Shown: one piece after another, positions 27,490-38,050 of the stretch | Layout of the letters: every line of letters starts with the position of its first letter | Position numbering within the stretch: position 1 is the first letter of the stretch | DNA from: a virus | Taxonomy: Duplodnaviria > Caudoviricetes | DNA: 47,446 bases | Reading direction: 5' to 3' (one strand) | IMG/VR virus record: IMGVR_UViG_3300016665_000105 | Location: 1-47,446 of that record | Position numbers and translations under genes: made by a program | Notes under the pieces: generated by a model | What the model saw: the letters and a program-made list of their open reading frames with translations, nothing else | Told to the model about the DNA's origin: nothing | The model's database searches: none

Positions 27490-28023
27490 ATGAAGGTGCT
27501 ATGCAAGGAACCGGAAGGAGAAACTGAACGTCAGATCTGGCAATTCTCCTTCACTCGCGAAAACACACTTAAGCTATACGAAAAGGCAAAGCAGTTCCCT
27601 GTTCTTTTCGGTAGACCTCTCAACGGACTGGAAGACTTTACATCTTTCTTCATCACGCAAAACTTATCTGGTGATGCAGAGCCGATGGGTTTGATCTGGA
27701 TTGTCGATGACTTCGTTGGCATGTTCTACGTTAACGAGATCTCAGACACCGAATGCTCTGTTCATTATTCTTTCTTTGATCGTAGACACAAGGGAAGAGA
27801 AGAACTCGTTCGCAGCATGGCTAAGATGCTATTCGAGCGATACAAGTTTGTGCGCTTGAATGCTTACGTTCCAGCGTATGCCGGTCTACGAGTTCGACTC
27901 TTCATTGAAAAGTGTGGGTTTAAGATTGAAGGAAGGAAGCGCAAAGCTGCGTGGTGGAAGGAGAAGTGGTTTGACACTTATATGTTCGGACTCTTGCCGG
28001 AGGATCTGAAGGATGGGAGCTAA
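27490..28023 (+). CDS. GNAT-fold protein of podoviral tail/ejection module
   Basis: EKCGFKIEGRKRKA...WFDTYMFGLL RimL-type GNAT motif, between nozzle and ejection genes. Confidence 0.8.
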   Translation: MKVLCKEPEGETERQIWQFSFTRENTLKLYEKAKQFPVLFGRPLNGLEDFTSFFITQNLSGDAEPMGLIWIVDDFVGMFYVNEISDTECSVHYSFFDRRHKGREELVRSMAKMLFERYKFVRLNAYVPAYAGLRVRLFIEKCGFKIEGRKRKAAWWKEKWFDTYMFGLLPEDLKDGS

Positions 28024-29698
28024 GACTAAGCAAGTTGGCGGCGGTACTGCTACTCCGACTGCAAACAACTGGAATCAGTTTCTCAATTCCCAGTTGCAGG
28101 GTGGCATGAATCAAGCTATGAACAACGCGCAGCAGCCGGGCATGCAGCAGCAAGGTTTTCAGCAAGCTCTCGGTGGTGCGTTGGGTGGGCAAGGCCCAGC
28201 TGATGTTTCTGGTGCGGGCGGTTTGCTTCAGAAGTATTTTCAGGGTGGTGGTGGTGGAGGAATGACTGATCTGTCTGGCTTCGGCACTCCACAAATCGCA
28301 CAGACTGCACAAGTTGGTGGAACCGGACTCGCTGATCTTTCTAAGTTCGGCACTGCTGCTCAAGCTGGTGGAACTGGGATGGCAGATATGTCTCAGTTTG
28401 GAACTGCTGCTCAGAGTGGATTTAACACGCAAGCTCCCATCGGCAGCGATTTCAATTCCATGCTAATGAACATGATTCAGAGTGGTGGACAGCAGCAAGG
28501 TCAATCTGGTTTCTCTGCTGCTTCTGCTGGACCAGATGTAGCTCTGGCTCAAGGCATGGATTATGGACAAGCGTATCAGACGCTTGGACAAGATCCTTTG
28601 ATGGAGCGTGACAAGCAACGCGCTATTGCGGAGCAACGGGCTCGCTTCGGAGCTGAAGGTGCAGGGGCTCTTGGTACTGGAGCGCAGTATGCAGAGTCGA
28701 ATCTGAACGCAGAGCTTGCAGCGCGGGATGCTTCGATGCGTCGTCAGCAAGCTATGGCTTTGATGGGTCAGGATCTTGCTGGTCGTCAAGCTGCTGCACA
28801 AACTGCACTCGGTAGTCGTGGTCAGAACGTGCAAACGGCGATCGCAAATATGCAGGGTGGTTTGCAAGGCGCGCAGAACGTGAACCAGTTCAATACTGCA
28901 AACCTTGGCAATCTTCTGCAAGCTGCTGGTCAGGCTCGCGGTCAGGATCTCAACACAGCACTTCAGCAGATGCAGCTCGGCGCACAGCAAGGTCAATTCA
29001 ACGCCGGCCAGCAGAATGCGATGCAGCAAGCTATGATGAACGCGCAACTACAAAACCAGCAACTTGGTAACCAGCAGGGACAGTTCAATACTGGTCAGCA
29101 GAACGCCATGCAACAGGCTATGCTGAATGCTCAGTTGCAGAATCAGCAGCTCGGCAATCAGTTCGGTCAGTTCAACGTCGGACAGCAGAACCAGATGAAT
29201 CAGTTCAACGCTGGACAAGGCAACGCTATGCAGCAAGCGATGCTTAACGCACAGCTCCAGAACCAGCAGATGGGAAATCAGTTTGGACTTGGTATGCTGG
29301 GTCAGGGCATGAACATGAATCAACTTGCTGCACAGCAACAGCAGAATGCTCTGAATCAGCTTATCAATTCGTTCCAACAAGCCAATCAGCTTGGCACTCC
29401 GCAAGCTCAGATGGTCACGCAGCCTAGCATGCTTGGGCAACTCGGTAATGCTGCGATGGGGCTTGGCTCTGCTTATCTTGGGGGCGGTGGTACGTTTGGT
29501 GGAATCGCTCGGGGTCTTGCTGGCTTGTTCAATCGTGGTCCTAACCTGCCTGCGCCTAGCCCTGAGATGTTCTTGCCACGCAACACCATGAATATCGGTG
29601 GCTTCACTCCCAGCATTCGCGCACCGCAGATGAGCCCGCTTGCACAGTTTACTGCGATGCCGACATTCCCGATGCCTACGTTTAACATGGGAGGGTAA
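28013..29698 (+). CDS. Gln/Gly-rich DNA ejection (pilot) protein with internal repeats
   Basis: AAGGA SD; position; repeats QFNxGQQNAMQQAMLNAQLQNQQLGNQ and DxSxFGTAAQxGG. Confidence 0.7.
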   Translation: MGAKTKQVGGGTATPTANNWNQFLNSQLQGGMNQAMNNAQQPGMQQQGFQQALGGALGGQGPADVSGAGGLLQKYFQGGGGGGMTDLSGFGTPQIAQTAQVGGTGLADLSKFGTAAQAGGTGMADMSQFGTAAQSGFNTQAPIGSDFNSMLMNMIQSGGQQQGQSGFSAASAGPDVALAQGMDYGQAYQTLGQDPLMERDKQRAIAEQRARFGAEGAGALGTGAQYAESNLNAELAARDASMRRQQAMALMGQDLAGRQAAAQTALGSRGQNVQTAIANMQGGLQGAQNVNQFNTANLGNLLQAAGQARGQDLNTALQQMQLGAQQGQFNAGQQNAMQQAMMNAQLQNQQLGNQQGQFNTGQQNAMQQAMLNAQLQNQQLGNQFGQFNVGQQNQMNQFNAGQGNAMQQAMLNAQLQNQQMGNQFGLGMLGQGMNMNQLAAQQQQNALNQLINSFQQANQLGTPQAQMVTQPSMLGQLGNAAMGLGSAYLGGGGTFGGIARGLAGLFNRGPNLPAPSPEMFLPRNTMNIGGFTPSIRAPQMSPLAQFTAMPTFPMPTFNMGG

Positions 29699-29699
29699 G

Positions 29700-30773
29700 A
29701 TGTCTCTTCCGTATATTCCCGGTTGGTGGGATACAATCTCGCAAAATGCACAGCGTTTGGCGCAGCAGCTTCCGCAAAGCATTGAGCCTCAGCGTGTAGC
29801 GGAGCGTCAGTTTCAGCAACTTGTTCAGCAGAATCCTATGCTTATGCAGGAGTTTGCGAACATGGACCCCGCTACACGGGAGATGATGTCACAAGCTATG
29901 GGCATGAAGACTATGCCTGAGACTTTGACTAAGCTTCCAAAGGGGCGCAAGCTGAAGGCAGAAGAGGAGATGGATGCGTTTCGCTCTTCTCTATCTCCTG
30001 AGATGCAGCAGCGGATGTATCTTACACAGCTTGGCCTGAAGCCTGAGAGTGAATACAAGCTTGAAAGAACGGGAAAGGAACTTGATATTGCAGGCAAGGT
30101 GACTGAGATCGAAGGGCAGAAGCAACGCAATCTGCTGAGTGGTTTGCAGATTCGTGATGCTGAACGTAACGAGGCTGACATCCTCAAGGCTTCAAAGAAG
30201 TACCCTGAGCTTGCTGGCATTAACATCAACAATCTTGCCCGAGATATTGTACGCACTAATCAGCAAGTTGATCCGAATCTGATTACTGCTATCACTGCAA
30301 ATCCCGGAGCAAAGGTACTGTTTGAGAAGGCTATAGCTTCTCAGCAGATGAAGTATGAAGGTGACCTTCGCGCACAGCTAGCTAAGATGCGGACTCCACA
30401 AGACAAGAATAACCTTGCGATGGAACTTCTCCGCACTCTGCAAGCACAAGGCGCGTCGCTGGAGAATCAGCTCGATCAACTCAACGTTGAGCAAAGACTC
30501 CACGCTGATAATCCAATGAACATGCGAGTTCCCTTTCCGGGTGCGGAGCGTGTTACAGCACTGCAAGCACAGCTTGCTGAGAACACCAAGAAGATTGGAG
30601 AGTTGTATAATAGCCTTCTTGCTGGGGCTGACATTAATACTGGCGCCCCTACTGGTACTCCAGCGCCTGTTGTTCGTGGTGGTACCGTTGGTCCTCTTGA
30701 TACAGAGAATCGTCTTAACAATTTCCGCAAGCAGCTTGGCATGGACTATTTTGGAGGTAACGCAATTCCATGA
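29700..30773 (+). CDS. internal virion/ejection protein
   Basis: GGAGG SD before ATG 29700; helical coiled-coil composition. Confidence 0.7.
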   Translation: MSLPYIPGWWDTISQNAQRLAQQLPQSIEPQRVAERQFQQLVQQNPMLMQEFANMDPATREMMSQAMGMKTMPETLTKLPKGRKLKAEEEMDAFRSSLSPEMQQRMYLTQLGLKPESEYKLERTGKELDIAGKVTEIEGQKQRNLLSGLQIRDAERNEADILKASKKYPELAGININNLARDIVRTNQQVDPNLITAITANPGAKVLFEKAIASQQMKYEGDLRAQLAKMRTPQDKNNLAMELLRTLQAQGASLENQLDQLNVEQRLHADNPMNMRVPFPGAERVTALQAQLAENTKKIGELYNSLLAGADINTGAPTGTPAPVVRGGTVGPLDTENRLNNFRKQLGMDYFGGNAIP

Positions 30774-33700
30774 CCGGACCAGCCATCTCTCTTGATTCTA
30801 TCGAAGAGCGGATGGTGCGGCGACTGATGGATATGGGAGCTACGGACGAAGAGATTCGTATGCTTGTTGCGGAGCGTCGTCAGCAGCGCAACAACATGAT
30901 TCCTCGCACGGAGTCTCCCATTCCATTCCGCGCACCTCCTCCGGGGATGGAGCTATCCCCTTCTTTGCCACGGCTTAAGCCTTCTAGCGAACAAGTCAAT
31001 ACTGGAATTGTTGAAGGTGCAAAGGTTGGTGCGAAGAATATGCTGGATCTCCTTCGCATTGGAACTGGTGGTCCTGTTGGGGCTATGGATGTTGCAGTAT
31101 CCCGTGCTGTTTCTCCTCGCGTAGCTCCAGAAGCTGAGACTACTCCGCAAAAGGTTGGACAGTTTATCGGACAGACTGCTGCGGAACTTCCAGCGTACAT
31201 GCTTGGCGGTGCGGCTGCGCGTGGCATTGGATCTATGCTTGGAGCTGGCGTAAAGAATCCCTTCCTCAAGGCAGTCCTTACGCGATACGTTGATGGTGCA
31301 GGGTTCTGGAAGAACACGGCAGCTGCTGTGCCGATGAATATGGCGGAAGGGCTAGCCACAGAGTTTGCACTGCATCCTGAGAACGTAAGCACACCTGATC
31401 GTATTATCCGTACCGCCATCGCAAGTTCTGCTGGCAGCATCTTCGACGGATATGCTGGTGCAAAGCTGACGCAGCAAGCTATTCGTCAAGCTGAGACTGC
31501 TGCTCAAGCAAAGGCTGCGTATGATGCGTGGCGCGCAGGTATGGCGGAAAAGGCAAAGATCGTCGGACAGCAAGGCGTTGAGAACATGCAACGCATGCAA
31601 GCTGTAAAGTCCACGATAAAGCGTGCTGACGAACTTTTCGCACAGCAAGCACAGCAAGCTGCTGGTCCGATGCCGACTGCGTTGGATCTTGGTATGCAAC
31701 AAGAAGGTAAGATTGGCATGACGGAAGCGCAGCGTCAAGCTGTACTTCGTGGCGAGAGCGGCGCAGATCTTCCTACTGCTGGACAGATCAGCACAGGGAA
31801 GGATCTTGAGATTGATCTTGAAGTTGAAAGAGCTTTGCAAGCTGAACTTGATAAGAAGATTCTATCGCTTGAAGGTATCAAGGCTCCAGATCCAAAAGAA
31901 GATCTTCTAATTTGGCCAAAGAAGAAAGACAAGCCTGAGCTTGATTCAATCGAAGAAGCTTATAATCGTGGGATGCAAGCTCGTCTTGATATGTATCTTA
32001 AAAATGTCAGCAAGGCTCCCATTGAGTCTGAGATGAACTTTATGGTTGATCCATCGGAGGTTGTTATCTTCAACCAAGGAGGAAGAGCTTCCGATAATAT
32101 CAACATGGGTGCCGGGCTTATCGTAGATAAGGAAGGCAATCCTGTTATCTCAGGAGATCCTAATCGTGGATTGATGACAGCAGAAGAGCTTCAAGAGTAT
32201 GCTGATATTCTTTCTACGTTTGGGCGCACTACCGATGATGCAGCGAAGGCTGCAAGGATTGCTGAAGTTCAGCAGTCTCTTGATTTCTTTGCAACCATCC
32301 TCACAAAGGAAGGGGCAGCTCGTAGTCCAAGAACGCAGAAGAAGTATCTTGCTAAGTTGAGCAATGACTTCTATGAGTTGCTTGAACTTCCGGGTGCGCT
32401 CGATAAGAGGATCAGAAGGACGCCCGTTGAAAAGGGAGAACCGCTAACTGATCTTGAGTTCGATCTTGCAAACTTTTCTAAGAAGAAGAAACCAAAGCAA
32501 GTTGCTGCCCCAGAACCTGAAGTCGGTGCGCCGAAGCGTTTGCTTGAAGTGCTTCCTCCGAAGGTTGCGGAACCAAAGCCGAAAGCTCCTGACATCTTGA
32601 AGCCTCGCGTTCCGTTTGGAAATGTCGGGGATGCTGTGGATATTGGACCGCGGTTGCCTACGCCAGAAGATCTTGAAGTTGCTCTCAAGGTTGATCTTGC
32701 TGAAGAGGCAATGCAGCAAGCACAGCCTCGTATGAATGCTGTCGGTCCTGTCGAGCAAGTTCCTGTTGCAGAGGGAAGTGCGACGGTTGTGCAGCCTCCT
32801 GCTGCCGTGCCTTCTTCTGCACAGAACAACGGTCCTCCGATAGTTTCTCCTCCGAGTCCACAATATAATCAAGTCGTACAAAAGACTTCATCCTCACTCG
32901 TCACGCCGCTGGGCGGAAAGCAAGAAGCCAAGCGTACTGCGAGCGAGCAGATGTTGCATATTCGACAGAAGCTACAAGATCGCTTCATTCCGATTCGTGA
33001 GTGGTCGCAGGAAGCGTATGACATCCTGAGCAACAACGGCGCAAGTCGTCGAGCTGCACAGAATGCTCTTCGCAACGATGGTGGGCTGTTGCTTCCTGTC
33101 GTGGATGCGAACGGAAAGTGGGCTGGTAAGACTGAGGTTGTTGAAGGTATGCCGATGAAGAAGATCATGAATCTCGCAGGCACTCGCCTGAATGAGCTTG
33201 ATGCTCTTCTCGTTGCAAAGCGTACCCTTGCACAGCCACACTATGCGACTGGTATGACGGAGGCTGAAGCAAAGATCATCGTCGATCAGTTGAAAGATGA
33301 TGTCATTATGCAGCAGCTTGCTGGTGAATATCGCAAGACGATGAACTTCATGCTTGACTATGCTGTTCGTCTTGGACGCATCAATCCCAAGCTTGCTGAA
33401 AAGTGGAAGACTCTTGAGTACGTTCCCCTTCCGCGTGAATTCAATATCAACAAATGGCACAGATTCTACGAGCAGCGTCGTGGCTCCGTGCGACAGATCC
33501 GCAACATCTGGGAAACTACGTCCGATCAGATGTTTGCAAACATTGAGCGAGCGCAGAGAAACTATGCACTTGCACAGCTAGCAGAGCAAGCAAGACTTGA
33601 TCCTGCTAAGTTTGCTGACATCATGACTCCGGTGCCCGGACAGATTGACAAGGAAATCTTCAAGGATGAACTTGCTCAATTTAAGGGTCTGGGAGCTACG

Positions 33701-35413
33701 GATGAAGAAGCGTTGGAACTTGTCGAGCTGATGTACAACGGTGCGCTCGATCAGTCCAATAGAACTGTTGTGGTGTTCCACGGAGGTAGGCCGCAACGTT
33801 ATCGCGTGAACGAGGCCATACAGGTCGCGCTGGATTCTATGAATCCTATGGAACTCAGCACGGTGCAGTATGCTCTATCACAGATCGGTCGTCCTATCCG
33901 TGCAACGACTGGTGCTGCGCTTGATCTCTCACTCGTTGGTCCAGTCTCCGATATTCTTCTTGCTGCTGCGAACTCTCCGGGTCCGCTAAACGCAATGAAG
34001 ACTGTTGGTAATTCCATTGCGGCAACGTGGCATATCTTCAGCACTACGCCGATGGGAACTAAGCTGGGCCTGACGCCAAGCCAGAAGTATATGCAAGCCG
34101 TTGGTGCTGGCCTTGGCTTTGGCGGACGATTCAAGCCTGATATTCCCGGTCAGGGCATCAGACAGAAAACATTTGATACGGTTGGCGAAGCATTCTCTAG
34201 CTTCCTAACTCCGTTGAACAACGCAGCTCGCCTTGGTCTGTATCTTACTCAGATGCAACGAGGCATGAATCCAGTCGAAGCTGCTGCGTTTTCCAATAAG
34301 GCACTAGGAAACTGGAATACGGTTGGCTCTTCGATGCGAGCGTGGGCCATGATGACAGAGTTCTTTAACGTGGGTATGCAAGGTACAGCCGCTGCTGCGT
34401 CTACGTTCAAGAGAATTGGAATCAACCCCGCAAACATTACAGATCCACAGAAGTTCTTGACACAGCTCGCGAAGAACGAAGGTCACCTTGCTGCATTCTT
34501 GACGGTTGGTGTTGGTGGTATCACGCTGCCTACGCTATACTTCTTGCATGCAAGCAAGGACGACGATCAGATCAACGCTCTTCGCAAAGCGAATAACTAT
34601 AACTACTGGTACTGGCGTGATTCGGATGGCGAAGTTGCACGGATGAAGAAGCCGGGCTGGTGGCTGGGTGCGATGTTCGGATCTAATATCGAAGCCATGC
34701 TTGATGGATTTGAGAAGGAAGAGAGAAGCAGACTCGTTCAGTCTTACGTTGATGCTTTCTCTTTTAATCCCATTCCCATTATCATGCAGACTGGCTTGGG
34801 CCTTGGGTTCGATGCTCGTAATCCTCTGGCTGCTGCGCGTGGTGGGGATAAGATTCCTATTGTTCCTCGTGGACAAGCGGACGTTATCCCACAAGCACAA
34901 GGCGGACCAGAGACTAGCAACATTGCAAACATAGGAAAGCAAGCCGGGATTTCTCCATACAAGATTGATTACTTCCTCGATCAGTTCCTCGGCGTGGATG
35001 GTTCCGCTATTCTTAAGATCGTGACTGGTGGTGTGCAAGGAATGGAAGGTCGTGTTCCTATTCTTGGACGCTTCGATGTTCGTCCCGGTCAGCAGACGGA
35101 AGGATCGTTGAAGTTCTACGATGATCTTGATAAGTCTAGAAAGTTCCAGAATACGATCAGAGAATATCAAATCAAAGGCGACGAAAAGGGATTGTATAAG
35201 TTCGTCGCAGAGAATCAAGAATACTATAACATGTATCCCAAGCTGCTTAAGCAAGCAGAGAAGATTGGTAAGATCAACATGCTGCTTCGTAACATTGCTA
35301 CCGACGAAGGGATGACGAAGGAAGCAAAGATCGAAGCTACTAAGTTCTATAAGGGTGTCCTCGATGAGTTCTTCGTTGAGTATGCCAAGATGAGAAAAGA
35401 GATGGTGCAATGA
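30770..35413 (+). CDS. large internal virion protein (1547 aa), probable LPD38-like C-terminal domain
   Basis: GGAGG SD; QDRFIPI, EFFNVGMQG, YWYW...RMKKP, SPYKIDY, LKFYD motifs; last gene of virion block. Confidence 0.75.
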   Translation: MTGPAISLDSIEERMVRRLMDMGATDEEIRMLVAERRQQRNNMIPRTESPIPFRAPPPGMELSPSLPRLKPSSEQVNTGIVEGAKVGAKNMLDLLRIGTGGPVGAMDVAVSRAVSPRVAPEAETTPQKVGQFIGQTAAELPAYMLGGAAARGIGSMLGAGVKNPFLKAVLTRYVDGAGFWKNTAAAVPMNMAEGLATEFALHPENVSTPDRIIRTAIASSAGSIFDGYAGAKLTQQAIRQAETAAQAKAAYDAWRAGMAEKAKIVGQQGVENMQRMQAVKSTIKRADELFAQQAQQAAGPMPTALDLGMQQEGKIGMTEAQRQAVLRGESGADLPTAGQISTGKDLEIDLEVERALQAELDKKILSLEGIKAPDPKEDLLIWPKKKDKPELDSIEEAYNRGMQARLDMYLKNVSKAPIESEMNFMVDPSEVVIFNQGGRASDNINMGAGLIVDKEGNPVISGDPNRGLMTAEELQEYADILSTFGRTTDDAAKAARIAEVQQSLDFFATILTKEGAARSPRTQKKYLAKLSNDFYELLELPGALDKRIRRTPVEKGEPLTDLEFDLANFSKKKKPKQVAAPEPEVGAPKRLLEVLPPKVAEPKPKAPDILKPRVPFGNVGDAVDIGPRLPTPEDLEVALKVDLAEEAMQQAQPRMNAVGPVEQVPVAEGSATVVQPPAAVPSSAQNNGPPIVSPPSPQYNQVVQKTSSSLVTPLGGKQEAKRTASEQMLHIRQKLQDRFIPIREWSQEAYDILSNNGASRRAAQNALRNDGGLLLPVVDANGKWAGKTEVVEGMPMKKIMNLAGTRLNELDALLVAKRTLAQPHYATGMTEAEAKIIVDQLKDDVIMQQLAGEYRKTMNFMLDYAVRLGRINPKLAEKWKTLEYVPLPREFNINKWHRFYEQRRGSVRQIRNIWETTSDQMFANIERAQRNYALAQLAEQARLDPAKFADIMTPVPGQIDKEIFKDELAQFKGLGATDEEALELVELMYNGALDQSNRTVVVFHGGRPQRYRVNEAIQVALDSMNPMELSTVQYALSQIGRPIRATTGAALDLSLVGPVSDILLAAANSPGPLNAMKTVGNSIAATWHIFSTTPMGTKLGLTPSQKYMQAVGAGLGFGGRFKPDIPGQGIRQKTFDTVGEAFSSFLTPLNNAARLGLYLTQMQRGMNPVEAAAFSNKALGNWNTVGSSMRAWAMMTEFFNVGMQGTAAAASTFKRIGINPANITDPQKFLTQLAKNEGHLAAFLTVGVGGITLPTLYFLHASKDDDQINALRKANNYNYWYWRDSDGEVARMKKPGWWLGAMFGSNIEAMLDGFEKEERSRLVQSYVDAFSFNPIPIIMQTGLGLGFDARNPLAAARGGDKIPIVPRGQADVIPQAQGGPETSNIANIGKQAGISPYKIDYFLDQFLGVDGSAILKIVTGGVQGMEGRVPILGRFDVRPGQQTEGSLKFYDDLDKSRKFQNTIREYQIKGDEKGLYKFVAENQEYYNMYPKLLKQAEKIGKINMLLRNIATDEGMTKEAKIEATKFYKGVLDEFFVEYAKMRKEMVQ

Positions 35414-35449
35414 AAAAAGCCCCTTGCGGATTTCCGCAGGGGGCCTTTT
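35413..35449. terminator. bidirectional intrinsic terminator
   Basis: AAAAAA-GCCCCTTGCGGA-TT-TCCGCAGGGGGC-CTTTT between converging operons. Confidence 0.9.
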
Positions 35450-35467
35450 CGTTTCTAGTTCGTCGTG

Positions 35468-35827
35468 TCACTCACGCCCCACCTCCTGTTCGGCGGCTTT
35501 GACGGCTGCGCGGATAGCAGTGTATGCGTCCAATCGGCTAAGGTACTCGAACGAATCACCCAAATCAGTGACCGCATCAACAATCGCATCACTCGGCTCC
35601 CGCAGCGCGGCGAGGATGCGCGCGGCCTGTGCGTGTTCATTGGTGATTGGGCATCCGTTTTCGCAGTACGCATCGAAGATGGATGCGGCCTCTGTGTCTC
35701 CCAATGTTTCCGCAGCGATACGCATCTGGTTCCAAAACTGTGACGGCTTGTCGTCGTAACGGTGTGCGCCATACCAGATCACTTCGCGTAGCACTTCCTC
35801 TGGATTCGTCAACTCGCTCACGCTCAT
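35468..35827 (-). CDS. hypothetical protein (119 aa)
   Basis: GGAGG SD, ATGA overlap. Confidence 0.7.
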   Translation of the reverse strand: MSVSELTNPEEVLREVIWYGAHRYDDKPSQFWNQMRIAAETLGDTEAASIFDAYCENGCPITNEHAQAARILAALREPSDAIVDAVTDLGDSFEYLSRLDAYTAIRAAVKAAEQEVGRE

Positions 35828-37032
35828 GCTCCCTCCGTAAACTCAGGAACCCAGAAGTCATACTCCTTCTCTCCGTTCTCGTATCGCTCTTTGTACTTCA
35901 ACATCTTAGCATCGCATGCAAACTGAAGAAGATCGTTGAGCATCCTAGGCTCCGCGCTGTGCATGAAGGATCGAATGACTTCGGAACGAGGAACGACTGC
36001 CTTCGTAAAGAAGTTCATGGTTCTAACGAAAGCCACGATCTTATCAATCTCAGTCGTGTACCTGTTCTTGCCGACACCCGTGAAGATCTTTTCGAGTCCT
36101 GCTTCCGTTGTTTCGATAGCGTGGACCCCGAACGCCCAGTCTTCCGCTGTGATAACAAGCTCATCCTTAGTAGCAATGCTGTGTATCTGGGCGAGCTTTG
36201 CAACGTGAGTCTTCTTTCTGTTGAGGTATCCGCCGAGCTTATCGTTCTTGATAAGATGTTGCGGATGGGCTTTTGCACTCCACTCTTTAGCAGCCTTAAG
36301 TCCGTCGTCGGAGAAGGAAAACTCACCGGCCAGTTCCTTTGAGATGTGGATGAGATCCACGAGAAGATCCTTTTCAAGCTGCTCGAACGGACCCTCTACG
36401 TCATCGAAGAACATCTTGTTGATGCGCGGTCCTTCTTCGTACACAAAGATAACGCGAGATGCAAAGCCTCCGGTGATAACACCTTCTGGCATGTTATCCG
36501 TGATCCAACCCGGAGTCGTCGCGGAGAAGAAGTTGATGCAAGGCTTCTCTAGGAATGCAGTTCCTTGACTCTTCGTGGCTGCTTCATAGTTCATGCTTCC
36601 ATCGAACATGGAAGTGAAGAACTCGTAGATACCGTTACGATCCTTGCCAGCCTTCTGGAAGATGTCAGAGAACTCACCGATGACAAGATACATGGAGGCA
36701 TCGGCAGACTGCTGAAGCTTTTCGATGATAGCTTCCTTCGTGAATACGGAAGGACCAGACTTGATTCCGTCCACTTGATCGAGTAGGACGCGAGATCCAT
36801 TGTCGATGGTCGTGGTCTTTCTTGCACCCGGAGGCGCGACGAACATGACGTAGAGATATGGATAGCAGGACCACAAGCCCAAGTATTTCTTCGGAATCCA
36901 GACACGACGACGGACGACGGAAGAGAGAGTGAAGATACCAGACCAGAAGACGTAGGACTCAGGAGCGTCTGTGCGAGGGAGAATATAGTCTCGATAAGTA
37001 AGAAGCCAGTTTTCGCAGCGACGCTTTGTCAT
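35824..37032 (-). CDS. DUF3987/YfjI-like P-loop NTPase, putative replicative helicase
   Basis: PxLYVMFVAPPGARKTT Walker A, IGEF Walker B, ATTPGW, GGFASR arginine finger. Confidence 0.75.
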   Translation of the reverse strand: MTKRRCENWLLTYRDYILPRTDAPESYVFWSGIFTLSSVVRRRVWIPKKYLGLWSCYPYLYVMFVAPPGARKTTTIDNGSRVLLDQVDGIKSGPSVFTKEAIIEKLQQSADASMYLVIGEFSDIFQKAGKDRNGIYEFFTSMFDGSMNYEAATKSQGTAFLEKPCINFFSATTPGWITDNMPEGVITGGFASRVIFVYEEGPRINKMFFDDVEGPFEQLEKDLLVDLIHISKELAGEFSFSDDGLKAAKEWSAKAHPQHLIKNDKLGGYLNRKKTHVAKLAQIHSIATKDELVITAEDWAFGVHAIETTEAGLEKIFTGVGKNRYTTEIDKIVAFVRTMNFFTKAVVPRSEVIRSFMHSAEPRMLNDLLQFACDAKMLKYKERYENGEKEYDFWVPEFTEGA

Positions 37033-37035
37033 GAG

Positions 37036-37854
37036 TTAGTCTCTCCACTTTTCCATCTCCTTCCATCGTTCTCCCACTTCAGCATCGACGGGGATGGTGA
37101 ACTGCTCTCCCTTGATGATGAGCGGACGACGAAGAAGGCTGATGACTTGGGGAACGATTTCGTTTACGAGTTGTATGGGAACTTCAAGCATCACGGAATC
37201 GTGAGCTGTGTTATTCATCACGATCTCACCCTTGCTAGGAAGCACGATGTCTTCATAGATCGCAAGGTTGCCGCCGCGCACTCCGACTTCGGGTTGGATG
37301 GCTCCGTGCATATGATCTGCGACGGTGCTTTGTGGCTCGAAAGCAGTCATCTCTTTCTTCAGATCATCTCCGTAGATTCCCCAGAACTTACGTCGGAATC
37401 CATACACAGTCTGCATCGTGCGAGTCGTGCTTGCGATGTAGTCGATCTCACTCCACCAGTTCTGGAGATTGAACGTACCTAACCACTTCGCATGGAATCG
37501 CTTCGCATCCGCAACGGAGATGGAGATCATGCCTTCCTTGTTGATGAACTCCGCGATCTTGAAGGGACCAGTACGATAGTTCCCTGCGTGGTTCATCTTC
37601 TTTCCGACGTATCGCTGCTCTTCGGAGATCAAGCCTGCATACTTCTTCTTGCCGGGAATGGTGAGATCCACGGCGATGTCGAAGATGCCCGTTGCTGAGA
37701 AGGAGTGGAGATCTCCGCCGTCAAGCTCGCGCTTCATGTTGGAATCGCTAGAGAGATACGCTACGATCCAAGCTTCGGCGGCGGAGAGATCGAATGCACA
37801 AAGCATCTTCCCCTTCGGAGCAACGTACATCGAACGGAGAGGGAGCTTAGTCAC
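37036..37854 (-). CDS. polA: DNA polymerase family A, C-terminal part (motifs A, B, C)
   Basis: AFDLSAAE, DLHS, RYVGKKMNHAGNY, GFRR, PQSTVAD, AHDS; GTG start with AGAGG SD. Confidence 0.92.
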   Translation of the reverse strand: MTKLPLRSMYVAPKGKMLCAFDLSAAEAWIVAYLSSDSNMKRELDGGDLHSFSATGIFDIAVDLTIPGKKKYAGLISEEQRYVGKKMNHAGNYRTGPFKIAEFINKEGMISISVADAKRFHAKWLGTFNLQNWWSEIDYIASTTRTMQTVYGFRRKFWGIYGDDLKKEMTAFEPQSTVADHMHGAIQPEVGVRGGNLAIYEDIVLPSKGEIVMNNTAHDSVMLEVPIQLVNEIVPQVISLLRRPLIIKGEQFTIPVDAEVGERWKEMEKWRD

Positions 37855-38050
37855 GGGGTTCCTCTTGTTCCATGAATAGGAGCGGATACTCGATTAGCTC
37901 GTTATGATAAGAGCGAGAAGTTCTGAACATCGCATGCCACTCCTCTTTCGTCATCGGCTCAGGCAAGCCGCCAGCCTCAGCTTCTTCTAGCGTGAGGCGG
38001 CGACGATTCGGACCTGTGCCTGTGGGGATACGATCTCCGCTCTTAATCAT
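37847..38050 (-). CDS. hypothetical protein (67 aa) between the two polA halves
   Basis: 8-nt overlaps with both neighbours. Confidence 0.65.
   Translation of the reverse strand: MIKSGDRIPTGTGPNRRRLTLEEAEAGGLPEPMTKEEWHAMFRTSRSYHNELIEYPLLFMEQEEPRD

Noticed and set aside
34535-35410. Long antisense ORFs (also 17512-18354, 20867-21649, 29048-29782, 35647-36342)
   Set aside because: Shadows of well-supported genes on the opposite strand
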